Notes: generated by a model from the letters alone, not told the origin. A stretch of 59,893 bases of DNA from a virus (IMGVR_UViG_3300028595_000001:1-59893); one strand, 5' to 3'; shown: positions 28,784-39,454, counted from the stretch's first letter. Translations and numbers: made by a program.

Positions 28784-30104
28784 TTAGTCAACTACATCAA
28801 TATTAAGCGCATTAATAAAATCTTCGGCAAGACACATTCCGTCGCACTCAACTCCATCATAGAATACGGTTTGACTCGCAGCAAAATCATTAACCTGCAT
28901 AAACTCATACAGCACCATTGCAAGATAACAAACCCTGTCTTCATATGGTTCTTGTGTCCTCATTTTTCCCCCCTTCGATACCCACCACCCGGCATCCATC
29001 GACGGCCAGTGAGTTCGTGAAATTTCTCTTGGTACGATTCGTGGTTTTCGTGGGAATTTTCTAAATCGTCCAGCAGTATTGAGAAACAGGAATAGCAAAT
29101 CCCCACATCATCGTCCATTGGTGCATCACATGTGCCGCACTTATACATGCCCCCTCCTTTTATTAATCATTAGCCCAACGCTTTAAACAAACAGGACAAA
29201 AATAGTCATGCCAATAATAATCATCCCCCGGAATTTTCTTTTTATTAACATGCTTACATTTATTTTGATGTTTGCGAAGCTCGTCTTCAAGTTCTTTTAT
29301 TTGCGCTTTAAGACGATGGGCTTTATACTTCGGGTTAAATTCTGGAAACTTAGTATATGATTTTAACTTCATACCAACCCCTCATTCTTCCGGTGTAAAC
29401 CAACCGCAAGACAAACCGTCAGAATCATCAAAAAACAATTCCTCTAAAATCTCGTCCGGTGTTATCTCGCACCCACCATCTATCAACCTGCGGTGGATAC
29501 AAACCTCACAATCCCGCCATGTCAAGTCAGCGATGCTCATCCCCACCCCCTTGTCTATCCATTAATGCATCTCTGCGGCACTCGTACAAATACTCTGCGC
29601 GATCTGCCGCCCATTCTGCGAACTGACGCTTGATGTCTGCCGATATTTCCTGTTCAAGAAAAACCTCAAATTCAAGCCAATCCACTTCATTACCGGCCTT
29701 ATCCTTGACCATGTAGATATTGATTTGTTCGGGGAATCGTGGCTCATGCCACCCATCCCCGCAGGGCGGCTCGTATTCATACTCAACCACCACTGGCTTA
29801 TCGTCTATTTCGGTTGTGTATTCCGGCATTTCCATCCTCCCCGGCAGATAGCCATGTGTAGGTCGTTTTTAGCCTGTATGACGGCATCAATGATGCTGCG
29901 CGACTCAGCACACGCATTTCCAGCAGAACGGTCTATCACAGAACTGACAGCGTGGATTAAACTGGAATAATACGTTTGGCGCGATGTTCTGGTTGGCGTT
30001 CTTTTGTCAAGCTTAACTTTGAACCCGTCCCGCCACTCAGTTAGCGTCCAACAACCGGGGGTATAATCAAGGTCAAAATCGTCGTTTATTTTAATCATTT
30101 TCAC
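28784..30104 (-). CDS. Run of small hypothetical early genes (28784-28963, 28960-29148, 29163-29372, 29527-29835, 29805-30104)
   Basis: Tightly packed minus-strand ORFs with G-rich RBSs; several CxxC motifs. Confidence 0.6.
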
Positions 30105-30124
30105 ATCCCCTTTTTTTTAGAATC

Positions 30125-30194
30125 CCCACCGGCCTGCCACGTGTTGGAAATGCGACCCCGCATTTGTGGCCCGGTTCATCCGGGGGCCGGTGGG
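30125..30194 (-). ncRNA. Multi-stem structured RNA in leader of leftward operon
   Basis: Outer stem cccaccggcc/ggccggtggg enclosing gccac/gtggc, aatgcg/cgcatt and cccgg/ccggg stems. Confidence 0.55.
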
Positions 30195-30202
30195 TTGATT
30201 AC

Positions 30203-30322
30203 ATAATACACGATTGGTTTTAGATGTCAAGGATTATTTTCGCTCTGAAACAATTATTTTTGCGGCGGTCCAATATTTTATTGAATTTTCTATTGACATT
30301 ATTTTCAAAATGTGAATAGTAT
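30203..30322. promoter_or_regulatory. Divergent sigma70 promoter pair
   Basis: Minus TTGACA (30230-30225)-16nt-TATTAT; plus TTGACA (30293-30298)-18nt-TAGTAT. Confidence 0.7.
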
Positions 30323-30330
30323 ATAGAACC

Positions 30331-30558
30331 ATGCAAACCAAACCATACAAAATCAACGGCATAAACAGGCTCGCAAAAGACAACGGGCTAAATCCATCAA
30401 CACTCCACAATATCCTATACGGAAACCGTGGGGCATCAAACAAGGCCATCAGGCGGTTGGTTTCAATCTTCCCTGCAACTGATGAGGCTATGTGGGTCAA
30501 CGGCGACCGTGATGCTTTGGTTAAGGCGTTGGGGCTGAAAAAGGTTTTTTATGTTTAA
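30331..30558 (+). CDS. Cro-like HTH regulator
   Basis: INRLAKDNGLNPSTLHNILYGNR; first gene of rightward operon; no RBS, near-leaderless. Confidence 0.8.
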   Translation: MQTKPYKINGINRLAKDNGLNPSTLHNILYGNRGASNKAIRRLVSIFPATDEAMWVNGDRDALVKALGLKKVFYV

Positions 30559-30736
30559 TGAAACAGAACGGGCCATACTTAAATCATATTACAATATGAT
30601 TCGTAGATGTTACAATCCAAAATGCGGCGGTTCAACTTACAAAGGGAGGCATCTGAAGAACAATGAGCGTTTTAAATATCGAAGATTTTCGCTCCCATCT
30701 TTCAGGAAGAATCAGGTGTGTTTCATGCCACTATGA
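30551..30736 (+). pseudogene. Truncated HNH endonuclease N-terminal fragment
   Basis: SYYNMIRRCYNPK...YKGR resembles the N-terminal motif of the 27538-type family; catalytic part absent. Confidence 0.5.
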
Positions 30737-30956
30737 ATGGGTCGGCGTATGCCCTATTGACCCAGACGGGAATGCCCCGTGTCTTGAATGTCCTAATTGC
30801 GGGGTTATGCAGGGGTTTTTTATGCACCCCATATGCGCCGCTGAAGATAAATTGGCGTGGCGGTGTAAGTGTTCGGGTGAAACCTTCATGCTCACGCCAG
30901 ATGGTGCGCTTTGTATTCGATGCGGGTTGCACCATAAATGGGACGATATATTTTAA
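30663..30956 (+). CDS. Cys-rich zinc-ribbon protein
   Basis: GGAGG upstream; three CxxC pairs plus one CxC. Confidence 0.7.
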   Translation: MSVLNIEDFRSHLSGRIRCVSCHYEWVGVCPIDPDGNAPCLECPNCGVMQGFFMHPICAAEDKLAWRCKCSGETFMLTPDGALCIRCGLHHKWDDIF

Positions 30957-30976
30957 GAGTTTAATAGGGGGGAATA

Positions 30977-31162
30977 ATGGGTACTGACCGGTGGCATACG
31001 ACAAAACAAGAGTTGCGTTTCATCAAAAGCTTATATGAAAAGCGCAATGTCAAAGCCTTAGAGGGCTACGTCAAGACCGCAGCAGACCGACAATGGGACA
31101 ACGCGGTTGACGGCTTTGACTGTCTGGTGGCGGCAGAGGCGTATCTTGAGAGGCTTAAATAA
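30977..31162 (+). CDS. Hypothetical protein
   Basis: GGGGGG RBS. Confidence 0.6.
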   Translation: MGTDRWHTTKQELRFIKSLYEKRNVKALEGYVKTAADRQWDNAVDGFDCLVAAEAYLERLK

Positions 31163-31194
31163 TTTATGGCGCGGTGGCGGCAGAGGGTAGAAGA

Positions 31195-31575
31195 ATGAGC
31201 AACCCAATACAAAATGGCTTAATTGCTGAACAGAAATTTATTTTACAGGCCCTTAAGAATGGGTGGGTTTTGTCCCGACCGTTGTTAGGCGTAGAAAAAT
31301 ATGATTTTATTGCAGACTACAACGGGAAACTACGCAGGGTTCAAGTAAAATTGGCTTATATCGATGAAAAAAATAGGAACGTGGTTTGTATTAGAGGATG
31401 TCATGGCCGTACTTGTAAAAAGAAACCGACACACCTTGAATCAGATATTTTAGTGGTTGTGTGTTTTGGTGATTTTTACATTATACCAACCAAAACAATA
31501 AGTCATATAAAATCGAATATTTGTGTGTCTAACAATGGAAAATACAAGGGCTTTTTAAATAATTGGAGTTTTTAA
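31195..31575 (+). CDS. PD-(D/E)XK homing-type endonuclease (I-Ssp6803I-like family)
   Basis: GLIAE..F, KYDFIAD, RVQVK, DILVVV motifs. Confidence 0.85.
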   Translation: MSNPIQNGLIAEQKFILQALKNGWVLSRPLLGVEKYDFIADYNGKLRRVQVKLAYIDEKNRNVVCIRGCHGRTCKKKPTHLESDILVVVCFGDFYIIPTKTISHIKSNICVSNNGKYKGFLNNWSF

Positions 31576-31610
31576 CGATTCCCTGCTCGCGCCAACCGAA
31601 AGGATGGTAT

Positions 31611-32657
31611 ATGAAACTAAAACTACAAGGTGTAAACTGGACCAACGATTCAATAGAATTTAAAGTCCCACACGAAATAATGGAGCGAGCGGAATGGTCT
31701 GGTGGTGAAGCAGAGGTTGATTTACCTGCGATTAGTAATGTCGGTAGGAACACACTAAAGTGCCATTGCGACCCGCACGACAGAGTCCATTATGGGTGCC
31801 ATTGTGGGTATTGGGACTCTAAACACGACTAACGATTATGGCGCGGTGGCGGCAAAAGCCGTGGCAAGTCCAAAAGGAAGGCCGTCTGGTACGAGCGGGG
31901 TAGTGTTTGACATACGAAGCACAATTAAAGCGATGGACTCTTTATTATGTAATCGCGCCTGTCAGTAAGTCATAAGCCAGACCGCCGCGCCAACCCTTGA
32001 AAGGAAAGTTATGTTTGCAGGATATAAGAAAATAGCTACAACAAAAGTAATTCGGATAAGGCATGAAGTTTCGTACAAAATCGGTTTTTCCGCACAGTCA
32101 ATTAAAAATTCATTATCTAACGTACCCGATGTTGCACATTTAGAAGATATAAGTGACGGTGACGATGTTGAGACGTTGATATTTTTAGAAGAAAAACCAG
32201 ACAAAGACGGTCCAAGCGATTGGTAGCCTACCCACGCCAACCCATGAGAGGAAGAAAAATGAAGGAAGTGTTCCGCAATATAGGTATTGGCTGGTGGGTC
32301 TTGAGCGGTCTCTTCGCTATTCGTTCTGGGCCAGATTGGGTGATAGCAACAACCTTTCTTCTTGGGGCTGGTTTTTGTCTGTTTTCGGCATTATTTAAGG
32401 ATTAACCCGCGCCAACAGAAAAGGATGAGCAGATGAAAACATCAATAGTAGTGCTCGCGTTTTTTATTGGCGTCCTATTACAAATTTTATACCCAAGCGA
32501 ATATTACAACGTAGATACCACCGCCCCAACCCTAGATTTCGTGGAAATTAGCGAATCAGGAGACTTTGATATAGACTACGATGAAGACTTTATTTTTGAT
32601 TGTGCTGACGATTTCTCGTGGCCCAGAAGGGCAATAGTAATCCGATCACGTATATAG
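31611..32657 (+). CDS. Small hypothetical genes (31611-31832, 32011-32226, 32259-32405 membrane, 32433-32657 signal-anchored)
   Basis: Each has an AAGGA/GAGGA RBS. Confidence 0.55.
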
Positions 32658-32991
32658 CGGGAATGGCGCTTGACACCCAACCCGTAGTATAGTATATAAC
32701 AGATACAAAGGACATCCAGAATGAAGACGGCACGCTTCATAATTAAATCTTTAAAATTAGAAAAAGTCCCAGGACAACACAAACGCCCGTTTGTGGGGGG
32801 TGCCGCCCTGTTCTGGGGCTTTTTGTGCTTTTAAAGGATACTATTATGAAACAAGGCCGGATCGATTATTTAATCTATCACATAGACAGATTAATTGAAC
32901 AATACGACACCATCATTAAATACACAAATGATGTTGATACGATTGTCGAATATCTAAATTGCCATGTTGAATGGCTGGTTGGTAAATAGGC

Positions 32992-33741
32992 ATGAATAGA
33001 GGCTACATAGCAATTTGGCGAAAAATCCAAGACCATCCATTCTATAAAGAACCTAGGGAGTTTTCTAAATACGAAGCTTGGTTGGATTTGCTGATGGAGG
33101 CTCAACATAATAAAGAACCAAGGGAGGTTATTTTAGGCATGAATGTATTGACATGCCATTATGGAGAAACCCTTAAATCCATAAAAACATGGTCGAGCCG
33201 ATGGATGTGGACAAGGTCAAAAGTGTTTCGCTTCTTAAAACTGCTAAAAAAGATGAACCAAATCCGATACACAAGCGAAAAGATAACGACACGGATTAAG
33301 ATAATAAATTATGAGTGTTACGACCCAAGGCGAAACGCAGATGAAACGCAGATGAAACGCAAGCGAAACGATCATGAAACAGTTGCGAACACAGACAAGA
33401 ATGTAAAGAATAATAATACCCCCCCTACCCCCCTTTCAATGGGAACCATATATTCAAAGTCATTTTTAGATTGGTACGAATTATATCCAGAAAAAAAAGG
33501 CAAGGGGGCGGCTTATAGATCCTGGCAAAAAATTGGGAAGAAGGGGATTGTCACACCGAATGAATTAATGGCCGCTATTGCAGCCCAGGTTAAGGCCAAT
33601 CATTTCCGAGGGCGGGACGGCCAGGATTACATACCCAATCCATCAACGTGGCTTAATCAAAACCGATGGGAAGACGAGATAAAAAATAATAAAGCTCAAT
33701 CAAACACATTGCCTGAAGTCATGGAGAATCCATATGGATGA
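32992..33741 (+). CDS. Replication initiator (lambda O-like)
   Basis: GYIAIWRKI, AWLDLLMEA winged-helix N-terminus; internal iterons; YPEKKGK and YIPNPSTWLNQNRWEDE; precedes helicase. Confidence 0.88.
   Translation: MNRGYIAIWRKIQDHPFYKEPREFSKYEAWLDLLMEAQHNKEPREVILGMNVLTCHYGETLKSIKTWSSRWMWTRSKVFRFLKLLKKMNQIRYTSEKITTRIKIINYECYDPRRNADETQMKRKRNDHETVANTDKNVKNNNTPPTPLSMGTIYSKSFLDWYELYPEKKGKGAAYRSWQKIGKKGIVTPNELMAAIAAQVKANHFRGRDGQDYIPNPSTWLNQNRWEDEIKNNKAQSNTLPEVMENPYG
33332..33386. repeat. Iterons, probable replication origin
   Basis: Five 11-bp units: gaaacgcagat x2, gaaacgcaagc, gaaacgatcat, gaaacagttgc. Confidence 0.8.
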
Positions 33742-35056
33742 CCTACACAAACTGCCGCCTCAATCCATCGAAACCGAGGAATCCGTACTGGCCTACTGTT
33801 TGCTTCACGATCCGGCAGACGCTATAGAGTCCTTGTTACCAGACCACTTCTACAAAACAGCCAACAAAACAATATTTGAAGCAATGTCAGAGCTTTACTC
33901 ACAAAATGAACCAATAGACATTGCGTTGTTGGTAAATCATTTAAGGGGGAAAGGAGATTTAGAACAGATTGGGGGTGCAACATATTTATCGAAGCTTATG
34001 GATACAGTACCCGCATCATCAAATATCTTTTATCACATTAAAATAATTAGGGATAAGGCAATAAAGCGAAGATTAATAGAAACGGTCAACCAGATTTCCA
34101 ACCAATGTTTTGAAGACCATGAATCCGTTGAAACCATCCTTGACCGGTCACAAAGGGACATCCTGGCGATTGATTACAAGCAAGACAGGGATGCAAAGCC
34201 TGTTTGCGAAATATTGGACGATGTAATTAGCCGAATAGAGGAAAGATCAACAGGAGGTCCAACAGGAATTAAAAGCGGGATAAGTCGCATTGATTTATTG
34301 CTTGGTGGTTTTCAACCCGGCGACTCAATTATTTTGGCAGGCAGGCCATCGATGGGTAAAACGAGCCTTGCCCTAAATTTTATCAATTACGCTTCGGTTG
34401 ATTGTAACATACCATCCGCGATTTTTTCGCTGGAAATGGCGAAGGGGCCGTTGGTGCAACGCTTATTGTCAATGGATGGACGGGTTGATGGTGGAAAATT
34501 CCTAAACAATATGTTCGTTTCCGACGATTGGGACCGGATAACCGATGCCGCCGGTAGAATAGCCGAGGCTCCGATTTACATCGATGATAGGTCTGGTTTG
34601 AGCTACATGGAGGTTAGTCGGTCACTCCGAAAATTGGTCAAAAAACATGGCGTTGAAATAGCGGTGATTGATTATTTACAACTTATGACCGGAGATAGAA
34701 AAGAGGGTCGAACCAGGGAAATCGGATCAATTAGCCGGGCGATAAAAGGCATGGCTAAGGAAAACGGCATACCCATTATTGCTATTTGCCAGCTTTCCAG
34801 GGGGTGCGAACAAAGGGCAGACAAAAGGCCGATGTTGTCCGATTTGCGAGACTCAGGGGAGATTGAACAGGATGCCGATGTTGTCATGTTCATTTATCGG
34901 GATGAAGTTTATTACCCTCAATCTGACAAAAAGGGAACAGCAGAAATATTAATCCGAAAACACCGCAACGGTGCGATAGGTCAAGTAACAATGTCATTTT
35001 TAAAGTCCTATCAAAGGTTTGAGCAGTTGGAAGAAAGATATGGTGATTATTCTTAA
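33734..35056 (+). CDS. dnaB: Replicative DNA helicase
   Basis: PPQSIETE, AGRPSMGKT, FSLEM, IDYLQL, QLSR, DLRDSGEIEQDAD, KHRNG. Confidence 0.98.
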   Translation: MDDLHKLPPQSIETEESVLAYCLLHDPADAIESLLPDHFYKTANKTIFEAMSELYSQNEPIDIALLVNHLRGKGDLEQIGGATYLSKLMDTVPASSNIFYHIKIIRDKAIKRRLIETVNQISNQCFEDHESVETILDRSQRDILAIDYKQDRDAKPVCEILDDVISRIEERSTGGPTGIKSGISRIDLLLGGFQPGDSIILAGRPSMGKTSLALNFINYASVDCNIPSAIFSLEMAKGPLVQRLLSMDGRVDGGKFLNNMFVSDDWDRITDAAGRIAEAPIYIDDRSGLSYMEVSRSLRKLVKKHGVEIAVIDYLQLMTGDRKEGRTREIGSISRAIKGMAKENGIPIIAICQLSRGCEQRADKRPMLSDLRDSGEIEQDADVVMFIYRDEVYYPQSDKKGTAEILIRKHRNGAIGQVTMSFLKSYQRFEQLEERYGDYS

Positions 35057-35071
35057 CCAAAGGGGGTTAAA

Positions 35072-35959
35072 ATGAAAATCGTGTATTGGAGTATCGTTTG
35101 GTTAGTCATTGTTCTTTTTGGCATTGGTGTTGCTTTGGTATCTGCATGTGACGATTGTATCCCGATTCCTTCTAACATCGTGGTTAATCGTAATACATAC
35201 CACACAGACAACAGCGTCAAGAACGACTCAAGGTCTAACTCGTCAGCAATCTCATTTTCCGATTCGTATTCGGACTCACTGTCATTATCAGACGCGGAGG
35301 CATCCGGCGGTGATGCCCAATCCATTGTTGAAATTACAGACCACTCTCAAACAACAAACATTGATCGTCGCTATGTTAATCCTGGCAATATTCCAATCCC
35401 AACAGTGCCGGGATTTTATGCACAGCCTACCGTTGACCCAAGTTTTAGGCCGATGCAGGATATGTACGACATCTATGGCGATCCTTTTAAAATTACTGAA
35501 GGGGCGTTGGAGAGACTCGCAAAAGACGGCAAGGTGGATGTTAATTTTTTGGTCACTCGCGGACAGGACGAGGTTGCGAGGGTTTACACCGGCCACAAAC
35601 AGTGGAAATGGTTATGGGTTGGAAGTAAGCCGTATCATGGGTTGAGCGTGACCGCAATGGTAGACGGAAAGGCAGAAAGTGGGGAAACAAATTCCATGCA
35701 GGTTTTCGGTGAAATGGGATTGGCCGCACTCAAGGACGGTAATAATTGGTTGGTGATAACCCGTGAGAACCATCACCGCAGAGTTGAGGGTAGCGGGTGG
35801 GGCGTTGGGCTATACACCGCTGGCGGTCTGAATAGCTCCAATGGCCAGCAGTCGATTACTCCTGGCGGCGGCACCGGTTACGCGAGTTCAAAAACAGGGA
35901 CACAGGATTTGCCGTGGATACACGGCTATGCAGGGTGTTTACCGATGGTGATACATTAA
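35072..35959 (+). CDS. Exported or membrane-anchored hypothetical protein
   Basis: Hydrophobic N-terminus, Ser-rich linker, Gly-rich C-terminal strands. Confidence 0.65.
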   Translation: MKIVYWSIVWLVIVLFGIGVALVSACDDCIPIPSNIVVNRNTYHTDNSVKNDSRSNSSAISFSDSYSDSLSLSDAEASGGDAQSIVEITDHSQTTNIDRRYVNPGNIPIPTVPGFYAQPTVDPSFRPMQDMYDIYGDPFKITEGALERLAKDGKVDVNFLVTRGQDEVARVYTGHKQWKWLWVGSKPYHGLSVTAMVDGKAESGETNSMQVFGEMGLAALKDGNNWLVITRENHHRRVEGSGWGVGLYTAGGLNSSNGQQSITPGGGTGYASSKTGTQDLPWIHGYAGCLPMVIH

Positions 35960-36016
35960 TAGGGGGTTTGCCGATGGCAACCATAGCAGCCAAGATAATT
36001 AATGGGGGACAAAGAC

Positions 36017-36991
36017 ATGAGTAACTATGACATCTGGAAGGATTTAATCGCGGAAGCCTTTGAAGACCAGGGTATAATTGCCACAAAGGAACAAATACAA
36101 GGCGTTGCTGATTGGGTGGATGGAACGCATGAAAATTGGTCAACATATTCAGGTTCAGAACATATACCAAATCCACTGAGTGCGGAAATAGACAATTTAA
36201 AAAAAGAAATCTCTCGGTTACGTGATGAAAGAGACAAGGCTAATGAAGACTTCCGTAAAAATGTGGCGATGAGGCGGAATGTAAATCCCTGTGATGTAAC
36301 CCTTGAAGGTAATGGTCATGCCACCTATCGTCCCTAACCAACAAACAACTAAGTGACCGCGATCAAATGAGAAAGGTCTTGGGTTTAATAGAAAGGATGT
36401 GATGCCATGCGATAACCAACACCGGGCAAGGCCCGAACGCTTTTGGAGCGCAACCAATCGGACTAGGCAGTGCCAGACCCCCAAACATCAGGGCGCGGGG
36501 GTCTGGTAAACACAAAAAAATGGGGGGGATATGGAAAAAATTATTATGGAAGATGATATAGAAGACGAAGAAAGATATTGTTACCGATGCGACAATCAAG
36601 GAACCATCTTGATTTGTCCCGATGATATGTGTCAGGGACTTGGTTATTGTATACACGGTGATGGTGAAATCGTTTGTCCTGATTGTAAAGGGACGCGCAT
36701 ATAAGCACGGCGGGAAAAAATTTTAAACGCTTTGACGGGGTCTGGCAAACAAAAGGAGAAACGATGGAAAATTGGTTCATTGATATAACCGTAGGTAAGG
36801 TTTCATTGTCGATTGGCGATAATTGGGTTTCAGGCTCGCCCAGTGAAGATATAGACGAAGTAAAACATGAAATCTTCGCAGTTATGGATCATGTTTATGC
36901 CTTTATTGGTGATGGGCCGCTTTGTTCTCAATGTGAACAGCCTCTAGACTGTCCTAATTGCCAAGGCGAGGCGATGGTAATTGGGCGGTAA
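36017..36991 (+). CDS. Hypothetical genes (36017-36337, 36531-36704 Cys-rich, 36764-36991)
   Basis: RBS-preceded ORFs in operon direction. Confidence 0.55.
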
Positions 36992-37028
36992 AGCTAACGG
37001 GGCCGGGCAAACACAAGGAGAGAATCAA

Positions 37029-37367
37029 ATGGAATGGAAATCAGAGTGGATTTCTTTTAACGAGTTGGCGCAGGAAGTTAATCAAACCGCAATTGAAAAG
37101 GGTTGGTGGGAGGGAGAGCGAAACGAAGGCGAATTGATTGCTTTAATGCACTCCGAATTATCTGAGGCGCTTGAAGCGTTGCGCCACGGTAATCCACCTG
37201 ATGATAAAATACCGGAATTTTCAGGAGTTGAGGCCGAACTCGCAGATGTTATTATCCGAATTATGGATATGGCAGCGGCGAAAAATTATCGCGTTGGTGA
37301 CGCTGTACTTGCTAAAATTAAACACAATAAGGGACGCGCATATAAGCACGGCGGGAAGAAATTTTAA
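37029..37367 (+). CDS. MazG-like NTP pyrophosphohydrolase
   Basis: ALMHSELSEALE, EAELADVIIRIMD, RAYKHGGKKF. Confidence 0.9.
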   Translation: MEWKSEWISFNELAQEVNQTAIEKGWWEGERNEGELIALMHSELSEALEALRHGNPPDDKIPEFSGVEAELADVIIRIMDMAAAKNYRVGDAVLAKIKHNKGRAYKHGGKKF

Positions 37368-37541
37368 AAGGAGAAACGATGTATTGTCCATATTGCAAAA
37401 AACGAATCCGATTGAAACAAGAATATCTTTCTCAATACTGGATTGCCAAGTGCAATTGTGCCGAGGAATCACATAAACTGCGGGAGTGGGCAGAGAAAAG
37501 GCTTTTAAAGGCGGCTTACCAGAAATCGAAGGAGGGGGAAG

Positions 37542-38012
37542 ATGAATTACATCGGGGTTGATCCAGGCATGACCGGCGCGATTGCGATTATATCTGGTGA
37601 TTTTATTGAAGTTGGTGATTTTGGAAACATGGATGGACTACGGTTATTAACCGGCGCTGTCATGGGGACCAAAGGGTGTTATGCGTTGGTCGAAAAAGTC
37701 CATTCTATGCCGAAACAAGGGGTTAGTACAACATTTAAGTTTGGCAAAGCGACAGGCCGTGCTATCGGTTGGCTTGAGGCGCTTGGAATCCCATATGAAG
37801 AAATAACCCCAACCAAATGGCGTAAGCGTGTATTTGACTCAGGTATAAAAACGGGTGACAATAAAGCTGATAGCCTCACCATGGCACGAAAACTTTTCCC
37901 GAGTATATTGGGTAGGCTTAAACGAAAAAAGGACCACAATCGAGCCGAGGCGCTTTTAATCGCTGAGGCTTGCCGGAGGGGGAACCATGTTTGTAATAAC
38001 CGCAAAAGCTAA
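37542..38012 (+). CDS. RuvC-like Holliday junction resolvase
   Basis: IGVDPGMTG, VEKV, QGVSTTFKFG, P.KW, AEALLIA. Confidence 0.9.
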   Translation: MNYIGVDPGMTGAIAIISGDFIEVGDFGNMDGLRLLTGAVMGTKGCYALVEKVHSMPKQGVSTTFKFGKATGRAIGWLEALGIPYEEITPTKWRKRVFDSGIKTGDNKADSLTMARKLFPSILGRLKRKKDHNRAEALLIAEACRRGNHVCNNRKS

Positions 38013-38577
38013 AACGGTCAAAGATTCAAACAAGTACGATGGTGTTGGCGTATGGACTGACGGTATCGGCATTTACTCTGACAATGACGAGTTTTGTGCG
38101 TACCGGCTTGTTGATGGTGTATGGTATAGAGTGACGATTGAAAAGCTTAAGGGGAACCATGAACAACCCTGAAAACTTTGAGTATGGTGGTCATTGCACA
38201 GTATGTGGCAAAATAGTTGACTATAACTATATGGGTTCTTGCCAAGAGTGTGGGGGTGCATTCCATTGGTCTGAGTGCGGTGGTTGGGGTGAAAGCGGTT
38301 GTTTATGCGATGATTGCAAGGAGGATGTTCAATCCCGTGCTTTTGATGTATGGTGGGATGACATTTCAGTGGACCGTTTTTTTTTAAAAAAGGGGGGAAT
38401 CTCCATGCGCGAGTCAGAAAAAATAAGAGCGGAGATACAAGAAAGCTTGCGAAACCTACTGGCATCCCGCCATTTAACCAACAGCATCATGGCCCGGATA
38501 GATGCCCTGGTGTTGGTGACGATCATGGAGCGCACCGGACGGGAAGACGGTGATATTGTCATGGGGAGTCATGGGCG

Positions 38578-39024
38578 ATGAGCCATCAAACAACATTTAA
38601 TCCGCACGATAAAATAGGGCCAGTGTGGACTTGGTTACAGTCTATTTGGCCGCTTTTGCGCAACCGCAGCCACACGATTGAGATCAAGGAGTACAGCCCA
38701 GGCCGGTCAAACACAATCAACGCATATTATTGGAAGATAGTCATACCGGCATACATGACAGCTATGGGAATACCGGACAGCGCAAGTGGAAGAGACTACA
38801 TGCATTATGACGTATTAGGGCGGGAATTGAGACAAATACCAGACCCATATCGTCCTAAACTTAACAATACACACAAGACCATGACCCAACAAACCAGCAC
38901 CATGACCGGCAGCGAGTTTTGGAAATATCTTAATAAATGTAAATACTTGTTTCAGCATTATTTTGATTATGTTTATCCATCACCGATAAACGCAGGGTAC
39001 GACCCGAAGGAATGGGACAGATGA
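38578..39024 (+). CDS. NinB-like protein
   Basis: RSNTINAYYW, QTSTMTGSEFWKYL. Confidence 0.7.
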   Translation: MSHQTTFNPHDKIGPVWTWLQSIWPLLRNRSHTIEIKEYSPGRSNTINAYYWKIVIPAYMTAMGIPDSASGRDYMHYDVLGRELRQIPDPYRPKLNNTHKTMTQQTSTMTGSEFWKYLNKCKYLFQHYFDYVYPSPINAGYDPKEWDR

Positions 39025-39454
39025 AACTTAACATAGATCCAAAGCCATCAGAAGAATATAACTGGTGGTACTGCGGTAAGTGCGGGGCAAAAAGCATAGG
39101 TGAACAATCGGCGCGAGAGTGCTGCGCCCCATCACCGGAAAAGCCAGGACAGCACAGCCGGGACAACAAAAAACCGTATAAACCCGCACCAGTTCCTAAC
39201 GATGTTTGGCCATAGGAGGAATAATGAGACCATGTGATTGTGTGTCAGAGCAAGAGGTGAAAAACCTTACAGAGCAGGGAGTTGCGTTTAATGACAAAGC
39301 GATAACTGTATCACCATTGTCGGTTATTTTGGTAAGTGGTTCATGTACGATAAGAATACCAATGAAGGTTTTTCAGGTATTTGCAGAATGGTATCTAAAG
39401 GACCAGAAATAATGCCTAAATACAAGCCAACCAACTCAAATAATAAGAGGGGCC

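Noticed and set aside
33332-33386. CRISPR or VNTR
   Set aside because: Short spacerless degenerate units inside the initiator gene fit iterons.
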